NCBI GenBank assembly: GCA_946965045.2
Contig: OX337230.1
Location: forward strand, 3,658,001-3,722,000
Source: Epithemia pelagica
Lineage: Eukaryota; Protista; Bacillariophyta
DNA length: 64,000 nt
Direction: 5' to 3'
A program made the translations under genes and the position numbers. Positions within the stretch are counted from its first letter, which is position 1, and each line of letters begins with the position of its first letter. Below, in pieces: positions 31,170 to 41,100 of this stretch. Under the pieces are notes generated by a model that was given only the letters and a program-made list of their open reading frames with translations, did not search any database and was not told where the DNA came from.

Positions 31170-33335
31170 TCAGGCAAATGCCACCTTGCACCATTGGTAC
31201 AGCTCTTTGTCTTCGGTGGCTGTGTGTGGTGCATGATCCAAACGAAGTCCGCACCGCGAGTTGCACACTCCTCGGAGGTGATAGGATCCACACATGTTGA
31301 CTTCAATCGTCTTTCCGTCTTGGTCCTGACGCTTGACCGCGGGTGGATTGCCCGCCTTCTTGATGGCATCATTGAGTTTTGTTTTGCCAAGGGCTTCCTC
31401 GAACTCCTTGAACATGGGATTGACCTGAGGGTTGATAACTTGGGCTGCTCTCTCCTTGCCTGCAGCCTTGGTGCCTCCATTGGATTCTCCTCTGCTCTCG
31501 GATCCCGTGGATGGTGCCATGGATGGCGGACCAGTCAGTGCACTGGCACTGCCATTGAACAGACTTGGCAGAAGATTGGGAAGGATTTGTTTTGGTAGGT
31601 ATCGGCTTGGAAGGCTTGGTGCCCAGCCCGTTGAGGCCAGGTCTAGGGCATCTAGCACTTCAGCAAAGTTGGGTGGTGACAATGGTGGCAAAGTGTCATG
31701 GACCCGCATGTTCCGCCACCAGATGCATAGCTGCAACTGGTTGTAACGTATCAGCTTGGTTGCGGCAAAGGGCAAGTTTAGAGAATAGAGGCGTGTGATA
31801 TAGGCTGTTTCCTTGTTGGTGAACCTCTTTACAAACCTGTCGTAAGCCACGTACACACCATGGGTGGGTCCTATGGCAGCCTTGAGCACCAAACGCATGG
31901 CCTGGAGGAGTGGACGGATGTGGTGGCCGTTGGCCGGAAGTGAGATCTTGGTGGTCGCTCGGAGCGTGCGTACATCTTGGAGGTCCGATGACACACTGCC
32001 TCCCATGAGCTGGTCGTATTCCTCTCCTGCCTTTCTGGCCTTGTTGGTGGCGTCTTCTGCTTCTGGTGACAAAAGATCAGCCAGTTGCAACGCAAATGGT
32101 TGCAAACCCTCTTCGAAATTGTCCATGTTGTCGCTGGCAAAACGTAGTGCGGTAAATAGTTTTGCAAGCTGTGGCGTGACAATAGGCAATTGTTCTACCG
32201 CATCTTCGTGACGTGCGACATCTAGCAATGTGGTTTCCAATGCGAGTCGATCCTTCTTAGCACCGGCTGCGGCCAGGCTGTGCCACAGCTCTGGCAGCGA
32301 CGATTCTTCGTGGACCCCACATAGAATGCACAGACGACGTGTGGCTGTCTCACCCCAGTATCCTGAGGGCATCTTTGGTGCCCTTGCCGCTCTTGCTTGC
32401 TCCCTGGCTTCGTCTCTAGCTTGCTGTTGGGTGTTGACCAGTTGGCCGACCAGGTTTACCAATTGTGTGGGGACATGGTCAGTCTGAGCTTTCTGACTTG
32501 GGTTTGCTCCAGGTACCTGTTGGTACAGGATAGACCGGCGATGCTTGTTAAGTGCTCCATCGGCAAGAGGAGGAGTCAAAGCTGCTTGGATAGACGCCGA
32601 GGGCTGCCCATCTGCGGTGCGCATTAGGGCTAGCACACAGAATTGAACTAGTTCTGTGCAGTCTCCAGCTCTGTTGTCTGCACGAATTGCTCCTACAAGG
32701 TCGGTCCAAAGCTCCCGTGGTGTTAGTCGGCGGTTGATGACGATGGGGAGATATGCCGGCGGCACAAACATGAGGGATCTGGTCCGGGCCTGTACAATAT
32801 TTGGTTCTCCATCTGCCAGTGGGGATAGTAACTGGGCTTCTTCACCAGCAGCTGCTAGTAATTCATCCACTCTCGCAACGGATCCTGGAATATTACTGTA
32901 GGTGACTCCTCGGGTGCGATTGAACATATTTTCAGTAATTTCCACGGAAGTGATGTCTTCACCTTCAACATCTTGCACAAATGCATAGGTCTTTCCATCC
33001 CATGGTGTTGGGCGTCCAAGCATTGGGGGATATGTTTTGAGTCCGTGAAGGACGAGGCTACGTCCACATTCTTCACCTTCGGATTCAAAAATTCCAATGT
33101 ATGCGTTGGGAGACTCTGTCCCTACATTCTTGGCAGCTTCATATAGTTGTGCACCTGTTAAAGGTCCATCTCCATCACGGAATGTACGCATGACTGCTTG
33201 GTATTGGCCTTGGTAGGGGTCACTGGAAGACAAGGAGTACAATGATGCAAATGTCTCGGGTGGAGCTGTTGGGATGGCGACACCACCGGCAACGGGGCCC
33301 GCAGCAGGTCCCATTGGTTGCGGGGGTGCTGACAT
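31170..33335 (-). CDS. Gag-like ORF1 of the Ngaro/DIRS element (721 aa)
   Basis: Starts 9 bp inside repeat A1; C-terminal Cys/His motif CGSYHLRGVCNSRCGLRLDH. Confidence 0.85.
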   Translation of the reverse strand: MSAPPQPMGPAAGPVAGGVAIPTAPPETFASLYSLSSSDPYQGQYQAVMRTFRDGDGPLTGAQLYEAAKNVGTESPNAYIGIFESEGEECGRSLVLHGLKTYPPMLGRPTPWDGKTYAFVQDVEGEDITSVEITENMFNRTRGVTYSNIPGSVARVDELLAAAGEEAQLLSPLADGEPNIVQARTRSLMFVPPAYLPIVINRRLTPRELWTDLVGAIRADNRAGDCTELVQFCVLALMRTADGQPSASIQAALTPPLADGALNKHRRSILYQQVPGANPSQKAQTDHVPTQLVNLVGQLVNTQQQARDEAREQARAARAPKMPSGYWGETATRRLCILCGVHEESSLPELWHSLAAAGAKKDRLALETTLLDVARHEDAVEQLPIVTPQLAKLFTALRFASDNMDNFEEGLQPFALQLADLLSPEAEDATNKARKAGEEYDQLMGGSVSSDLQDVRTLRATTKISLPANGHHIRPLLQAMRLVLKAAIGPTHGVYVAYDRFVKRFTNKETAYITRLYSLNLPFAATKLIRYNQLQLCIWWRNMRVHDTLPPLSPPNFAEVLDALDLASTGWAPSLPSRYLPKQILPNLLPSLFNGSASALTGPPSMAPSTGSESRGESNGGTKAAGKERAAQVINPQVNPMFKEFEEALGKTKLNDAIKKAGNPPAVKRQDQDGKTIEVNMCGSYHLRGVCNSRCGLRLDHAPHTATEDKELYQWCKVAFA

Positions 33336-33343
33336 CGTGTGTT

Positions 33344-33513
33344 GTTTTAGACGAACCTAGGAATTGTTCAGTGGTTGGACCAACCCGAGAGGCTCTCGTT
33401 GAACAAATCTATGAGGAGAGATGCGCTGCGCTGCTGCTGCTGTTGCTCCCCTTTTGGCCCGTCCCGACCCGGTGGCGGCCAGACGTGTCCTTCGCTCCGC
33501 TACCCAGGCACGG
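33344..33513 (-). repeat. A1 repeat of the YR element
   Basis: Matches 27558-27727 except A at 33502 versus G at 27716. Confidence 0.95.
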
Positions 33514-34419
33514 TAACATAAATTTGGGATGGAATCGTGTAGAACGAGAATGCAATAGAGAGTAGGAGACGTATTGTAGGATTGTCTGTCGTGCGTACGT
33601 CGTGACGCGGCAGGAGTTCGGGAGCAGATGTTCGGACATCAGATGGACGAGCACGCGCGGAGCGCGCACGCGGCCACGGCCAGCGCGCAACTTTGGTTTG
33701 GAGCTGGATGTGAGAACATCGGCATCAAAGTCGAGCTCACAATCTTGGGATAGTGAGCAGAGACACGATCACTGCCATCTCAAGTGGAGGTCATCAGACT
33801 AGATAGTTCTAAGACATTCAAAACTAGCCCCATACCCGCCCTTGGGAGCCATCTTGGTTCCGGGGCCTTTACGGCACACGCGTCTACTCCTAGCGTGCAA
33901 GAACTACTTTGTGTGAGACCTGCACGACGACAGAGCGCCACGACAGCTGCAGGATGTGGTCGCTGGGTCATCCCCTCGTCGTATGAAACCTCACACTCTC
34001 TGAACACAAACAAAACGAAAAGTGCGCTTTTGAGACGTGCTAGGACATGGCGTGTCTGTCGTCCGTGTGGGGTAGCAAATCGCACATAAACTACATGACA
34101 TAGACCCTGAGTATCTTTTTCATGTGATCGAATAGTTCTCACAAAACTCTTCTATGTTTGTCATGACAGATCCTTTTGAGGAACCGGTTCCGATTGTCAA
34201 TATCGGATATGCCTCGAGAACACAACAACTCCCTATTCCCACAACGAGAGTGCTACATAGAAACAAAAACGATGACCAAGTCGTAGAAGTTCGGTGACCT
34301 AGGACCAATCGCTTCTTCAAGATGCCATGACTATGACAATTGCTAAGTAGTTCTGTATGTGATTTCAATTGATGTTGTATTCACTGAATGTCTACAATTG
34401 GACGGCAACGACTATGGTC

Positions 34420-34930
34420 TTACTTGGTGGCAGGCGCCGTGTAGCTGTCCGTATCCCAATTGTGATCGGCCTTGACCTTGGTGGCAGGTTCATCTTGATT
34501 CCAAATATCCAAGGTATTCATTTCGGGACTCTTGAAAAAAAGAACAAGTTTCTTATCCTCTCCAACCAGCTTGTAGTTCAAGGGATCCACAGGAGTCAAA
34601 CTTCCATGAGCCATTCCAGTGCCACACCTGTGTCGAGAATGTGATGCAAAGATATGGAGTGAGACGAGACGAGTTTCCAGCATTTGCATCACGATAGGAA
34701 CCCTTCCTTGTCAATTGCGAGACGTACCATCCTCCATAGAGGGGAGCGTATTTGGCAGGGTTCTCATCAAAGAGCTTTTTGGCGTCCGTCGAGGCAAAGC
34801 GGTAGATGGCACCTTCGTATTCACTGACGTGATCGGGCAGACCCAGTACAGGAGGACCAAATTGGTAGGATACAGGACAGTAGCCTTCCATGGCCAGTTT
34901 TGAGTCGTTAACATTCATTACATGCGGCAT
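34420..34930 (-). CDS. YHS-domain protein (136 aa); exons 34930-34728 and 34627-34420
   Basis: GYCPVSY...YEGAIYRFAS...LFDENPAKYAPLYGGW|CGTGMA...VDP...KLVLF. A 100-bp GTACGT...CAG intron joins two ORF-track fragments in frame. Confidence 0.85.
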
Positions 34931-36392
34931 GATTCTTCAAGTTCTTTTTTGTGGTTGTTGTTTTCGATGGCTGTTTCGTTGGGTGCGATTGGGGGGGGGT
35001 ACCTTTGTTCGTCCGTCATCCGAAAGGAAAAAAATTGTCTCGTATTTTTTCCCAAAGCGCCAGCCGGGTATTATCGCCAGCCTCCCTTCGATCGTTCGAA
35101 ATCGACGCGCCGGTCACGCCTTGTATTGCTGGCACAAAAGGGCCAGGAATCGTCTCACTTTTCGAGCAACACCACAAAAGACGACCATGAGCACACCAAA
35201 AACCAAAAGAAAACCATCCAGCCGTACGAACGACCACAGTGACAACTTTGTGGTCAAAACCATCCACCTAGATCACAAGTGAAGGCGGAATGTATCAAAG
35301 GAAGGATGACAACATGAAACATGACAATCAACCACTGCAATGAACATTCAACCACTGCGCAATGATGAAGCCAAGGTTTGACAGCGTCATCATGGGGTAT
35401 ATAAGCCCAGGAAGCAGGAAGCCTAATCTAGTAGTGGACTATACTTTTATATTTCCCATAGACAAAGTGCCAGGAGCTTGTGTTCATACTCCTAGAGGTG
35501 CATTGCACTGTGTGTGTGTATTTCATGGTTTGGTGTGTGTGTGTGATGATTCCGTGAAGCTTGATCCACTACTGCGTAAAGAGTACTTGCTTCTGAAACA
35601 ATATAGACTATAGAGTACAAAATGGGCTGGTAGATTTCTTTCGTCAAGTCTCACGGCTCACAGTTCCTGTTTCACTTGCATGAGCGCAAGCGGCTACATA
35701 ATAGGGCAAAGCCAATTACAGTTGGCTTGGACGTAATAATAATGTGCTAAACCAAAAGAAATTTGACAGAAATATTTTTACATTTTTAGGAAAATTTGGG
35801 AATAACCGTATGGACAGCAGACGGGAGGTAAGGGCTGGGTAAGCCGATCCATGTTCGGCTAAGTAGGCTCAGTACATTAAGCTACGTAGTACTATTTTCA
35901 TCACAGTAACAAGTGGGGCGAATGGTCACAAATCGAAAACTTGCTGCCACGAGAAACAATGCAATCCGGAAACCATCACTCGACAATGGTCGAAGAAATC
36001 ACCCCCATGGCCATAACTTCCTCAATAATAGAGCTTGACTCGACCGCTTTGACATTAAGATTATTTACTACTAGAGTGACTATGCTTTCAATTCGGTCGA
36101 GTCACCGTTGAGAAATGAATGAGTTAGGAAGGTTTTTGGATTACATCACCAGTATACCTTTTGATCCAACGCGACAAATCTTCTGTGGCTGCAGAACACA
36201 GTAATACTAGCAAACTCAAACAACTTACAGTAGTAGGGTGTTGATGCGATGCATCGGTAAATGCATGCGGCATCAACGGATCTCGCCGTCATCGTGGAGT
36301 GTTTTTGCATTTTTCGGACTTCCCACCATTTCAGGTATGACGTGTACTTTGGGATTTTATGTACGCTACGTAGCTTTTGTACTGAACCTACT

Positions 36393-37158
36393 TAGTAGAA
36401 CTCTCACCGAAAATCATCGGTTAGGTTCGGCACCTCATCGGTTAGTCGAGTCCCGTGGCTTCAAACATCACCTACATCACCTACATCCACACTACATACC
36501 TAGCTTCGCGCTAGCTCAACCTATATTTCGGTCGCATATACCAAAAAGTGAGAACAGATTGACGAACGTGCTATCAAGAATCAACTTTGGTCTTGATATC
36601 GCATCAACGGATGATCATCCGTTGAACATCCGAGCCTGACCTATGCCCTAAGCGTGCGTGCCCAAATTCGTCAAGATGCGCGCAAGAACTATCCGAGCGT
36701 GGCGATCATGTATCCGACCCAACGGTCTAAGTACACAAGGCACGAATCACGATCACGCGAGACCATATCATCGTTCCCACTATTTCAAGATTGCAAACAA
36801 GAACGCGCCAACAAAACTACATATACCAACTTTAGCCAAGAATCGTTGAGGCTGTATATGATATACAAGCACATATACATGTTATATACCTCACATACAT
36901 CAACTCCAACCATTCCAGTCCTATCACCGCCAAGAACCTATTTCACACGATCAACAACAAGAATGGAAACCTCACACACCAAACCTAGTAGTAAGCTCAC
37001 AATCATTAACATTACCATATCATCACGTCTTCAGTGTCCTGACTATCCCTACGATAGAACCCTTGGGTTTCCTTTGTTCTCTGACCCGTGGAGAACTTTG
37101 GTATCAGTTGGTAATCGATTGTGGCTCTTCTAGAGCGTGTACTGACGGAATTCTACTA
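36393..37158 (+). repeat. 5' LTR of Copia element 2 (TAGTAGAA...TTCTACTA)
   Basis: Direct repeat of 43812-44577 (offset 7419; the ORF track gives identical peptides in both copies). Confidence 0.95.
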
Positions 37159-37173
37159 GATTAACAGTCTCAC
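37159..37173 (+). other. Putative primer-binding site complementary to a tRNA-Asn anticodon arm
   Basis: GATTAACAGTCTCAC; reverse complement G-TGAGA-CTGTTAA-TC reads as stem, loop with GTT anticodon, and 2 nt of the 3' stem that pair with the 5' stem. Confidence 0.75.
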
Positions 37174-37197
37174 CTGTCTCATTTCCCCGAAGTTTTC

Positions 37198-37977
37198 ATG
37201 TCCAGTGACTCCAATACTCCTGTCCGTCGGATCTACAACGCTTTCCAGCAGAGTGGTGACCCAACACAGCAGATTGCCGTCCACCCTGGCGAATTCCTCA
37301 TCGAGACGCCCTCTAACTCCCCGGAGAAGGCTAGCGCGCCTAATCCGTTCCAGACTCCCGATCAAGTCGTCCCTCCGCCGTCCGACCCGAATCGCCCGCC
37401 GAACACCCTTGCACGCCGACCGAGTACACCTCCTCGCCCGAACCCAACTCGCACCCGACGTACGAGCCGTCTCATCAACGCGCACCTCCGTTACTTCCGC
37501 GAGCCATCCGAGTATCAGAGCGACCCGGACCACATCCGTTCGACGCTCGAACACGAGGTCTCGTTCGAGTCCGTCCAACCCGTCGTCGACCTAGAGGATA
37601 TCCAACGACTCCTAGACTTGCTATACCAATCTCCAAGCTACCGATACATAGCGACGACCCTATCGACCACCCCATCAGGCTGCCTTCGGGTACGCTTCCT
37701 TACTTTCCAGCGTCCGGTCAATTACTTCCATACCATTTGGGTCGTGAACAAGACTAACCAACCTCTTCCTACCTTGACTACCCGTCTCGACGACTACGTT
37801 GGTTTCATCCACGTTATCAAGTTGCACCAGGACTTCCGTGCCACTATCTTCCCTCTACTCACCCAACCAGTGAACCACCTAGTTGAGGACCACAACGGCA
37901 ACGAAGAAGCTACCTCTATTACTGAGTCTCCGATTCAACTTGATTACCACAACGAGCCCAGAAGTGACCACGTTTAA
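37198..37977 (+). CDS. Extra 259-aa ORF of unknown function upstream of gag-pol in Copia element 2
   Basis: ATG-initiated, uninterrupted, Pro/Arg-rich N-terminal half; lies between the PBS and gag. Confidence 0.55.
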   Translation: MSSDSNTPVRRIYNAFQQSGDPTQQIAVHPGEFLIETPSNSPEKASAPNPFQTPDQVVPPPSDPNRPPNTLARRPSTPPRPNPTRTRRTSRLINAHLRYFREPSEYQSDPDHIRSTLEHEVSFESVQPVVDLEDIQRLLDLLYQSPSYRYIATTLSTTPSGCLRVRFLTFQRPVNYFHTIWVVNKTNQPLPTLTTRLDDYVGFIHVIKLHQDFRATIFPLLTQPVNHLVEDHNGNEEATSITESPIQLDYHNEPRSDHV

Positions 37978-38159
37978 GTAATTTTAAGTAGTTTTCACAC
38001 CAAACCAGAGACAAAACCGAGTTCCGCACATCCGGGTTACCTTTCGGACATCACATCACAAGGCACACCACACATCCTGGTTACAAATAATAACTAAAGT
38101 TTTCGACTAAGACATCACAGGACACATATCAACATATCTTATCACCAAGTCAAGCAATC

Positions 38160-41100
38160 ATGGAACCAACTACACCGATCACACCAGAGTTCAGCACCAA
38201 TCAAAGTATATCTGATCAAGAAGTCTTTGATCATATTACTCAGGTGTTGTTCAACTTTTCCAAGGAAAGGGTCGATGTACTCGTGAAATGGATGCACCAT
38301 CATGCTTTTGATGATATCCTTAGTATCATTGAACATATGGCAATTGACCCTGAGAAGAACATGGATAATATGACAAAATACAAGTCAGGAAAACAAATGC
38401 ACGACCTACATGTCAATACAAGCCAGCAGATCAAGTTGCTTGCCCACTGGTTCCGACAAACGAGTATCGACATTCAGGGTATACCTTCCAAGGCAACCTG
38501 GATGAATCTGACCAAGGCAGAATTTGATCTATGGAGGATAAACACTGACTTTCGCTCCGGAAGCCCTATCAATGACCCAGTATCACCTATGAAATCTCCA
38601 TCCCATTCGACGTCACCCAAATCGTTTAGTACTACTTCTGCTGCATCACAGTCCCAACTGGACCTAACCGCATTCAAGAAGGGAACCAAGCGTGACGCTA
38701 TGGCATATGAAACATTCAAGGATGAACGATACTACGACACGTTCTGGAGGACTTTCAAGACCACAGCAAAAGCCCAAGGTTTATCTAATGTTCTTGACTT
38801 CCGATACAAGCCGCCGACGAATGATACGTATGCAACAGAACTTTTCCAAGAGCAACAAATCTTCCTATACTCCGTCCTTGTGCGCATCATCCAGACTGAT
38901 CAAGGAAGAGCTTATGTTTGCGAACATGAACATGATGAAGACGCACGAGCAGTGTTACAGAAGCTTCACACATTGCATACGAAGTCAGACTTAGCAAAAC
39001 GAGAGGTCTTACGATTAACCAATTACATCTCCAACCTTCGCCTCGATGATACATGGCGTGGATCATCACGTCAATTCTTGCTTCATTTCCAAGACAAACT
39101 ACGTTTACTCGATAACCTTATTGATCTCTCTGATCGCATACCTGATCACACCAGGATGACGTTTCTTATGCAAGCTGTCGAGAAGGTACCTGATCTTCGC
39201 AGAGTTAAAATCTTGGACAACGTCGTCAACACGAAGTCTGGAGCAAAGTCTTTATGTTATCAGTCGTACTTCTCCATTTTGATGGACGCAGCATATGACC
39301 ATGATCAAGTCACGCAATCTTCTGCAACTGGTCGTCGTCGTAGTGTCAAGCAACACGAGCAACACGAAACACAACATGATATTGAGGGATCCCTTCAGGA
39401 AGACGATGCATATCAGATAAACAATACCAATGTCCAAGATGATAACACGGCATCTCCAAAAGCCAGTCTTCCTCGTGACCTATGGTTTAAACTTCCTGAG
39501 GATGCTCGCAAGATGATTGTTGAGTATAACAAGAACGTGCAAGCTTCTACTCCGAGTCCAAGAAAAGTACAGCAACACTCCCTTGACATTGATCCTGAAC
39601 CTGATCCTGACCCTGGTCAAGATGTTTTCGATGACCTGGACAACCCCACATATCCGCAGGATGATTCCGATCCAGCCACCCATCTCATCCATCAAGCAAT
39701 GACGTCAACCGACATCAATCACCCAGCTTCTGATTTGTCTAATGTTCTATCCAATGCCGCATCCAAGACGAGTAAGAAAATTAGTTTCAAACAGAATGAG
39801 CACAAGCAGAAGGTCCACATGACTCAATATATGTTCTCTCGAAAGTCGACTTATACTGGGAATCAACTCATTGATCGTGGTGCCAATGGTGGTTTAGCCG
39901 GAGCTGATATGCGTATCCTTTCCAAGACAGGTCGTAACATCACGATTGTGGGAATCGACAACCACGAACTTACTGGTCTCCCCATTGTCACTTGTGCTGC
40001 CAAGTTTGAAACTAATGATGGACCAATCGTTGGCATCTTCAACGAATATGCATACTATGGAAAAGGACAGTCTATACATGCGCCTTGTCAATTGGAACAT
40101 TATGGGCTATCTGTGGATGAACGTTCTGCCAAGGTGGATGGAAAGCAACGTATCACTACCCTTGATGGACGTGCTTTACCTCTATGTATCAAGGATGGAC
40201 TTGCCTTTATCCACTCATTAGGTATCCCTTCTGATGATGACATGGACCGATTGCCGCAAATCATCTTTACTTCGCCATCTACTTGGGACCCCTCTGTTCT
40301 TGACCGTACTCATTCAGATCCACAGCATGATGCTTCTACTGCATGGCATCAGGTTGCGACCGATGGCAGTATGGCACGTTATCCATATGACACGTATGGG
40401 GAGTACACTGATCGTGTTGTCTGCAATCTCAATCTTCTCCTTGACCTTCCTTATGACCACGGGCCCGACAACACCACATATTTCTCTATCTATGCTGATG
40501 CTAATGGTGAAGACCCAACCCTTCAACATGCATCTGTCCATCGTCGTTTTGTGGAAGAACATGATTGGAAACAATTTCGTCCCTTCTTTGGTTGGCAATC
40601 CGAGGAAGTTCTTGCCGATACTTTCAAGCATACTACCCGACATGCTAATGTGACTTTTGACTGTGACACTCTCAAGAAACATTTCAAGGCACGGAATCTA
40701 CCACGTCGTCATGAACCCGTTGCTACCGATTCGATCTTTTCTGATACACCTGCTGTTGATCATGGTGGAAAGGTGGCTCAAATTTTTGTTGGCCGCGATA
40801 CTCTTGTCACTGATATTTACGGTATCAAGTCTACCAAGCAATTTGTGAACACTCTTCAAGACAATATACGCATGCGAGGTGTTATGGAGACACTCATTAG
40901 TGATGGGGGTTCATCTCTTATTTCCCATAAGGTTAAGGATATCCTTCGCACCTTGCTCATCGGGGAGTATTGCTCTGAACCATACCACCAGCATCAGAAC
41001 AAAGCCGAGAATCGTTATCAGACCGTTAAACGAATGACGAACGCTATCATGAATGCAACTGGATGCCCGGCCAATGTTTGGTTACTTTGCCTTGAATATG

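Larger units (their letters stand above)
27398..33513 (-). mobile_element. Ngaro/DIRS-type tyrosine-recombinase retrotransposon with split direct repeats A1-ORFs-B1-A2-B2
   Basis: A = 170 bp (33344-33513 and 27558-27727, one mismatch). B = 145 bp (27727-27871 and 27398-27542, identical). Gag, RT/RNase H and YR ORFs are on the minus strand; no TSD. Confidence 0.95.

Noticed and set aside
34600-34630. Selenoprotein status of the YHS gene
   Set aside because: The relevant codon is TGT (Cys), and no SECIS could be identified by eye.
37099-37108. TGGTATCAG resembling the canonical tRNA-iMet PBS
   Set aside because: It lies inside the LTR (also present at about 44518) some 50 bp before the boundary fixed by the TSD, and does not continue as AGC.
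36238-37133. 133-aa and 159-aa ORFs repeated at 43642-44552
   Set aside because: They repeat only because they lie in the LTRs, and show no protein-like features.
40680-40720. Possible short in-frame deletion before the integrase core of element 2 (FKARNLPRRHE)
   Set aside because: It rests only on recollection of a longer consensus and cannot be supported without an alignment.
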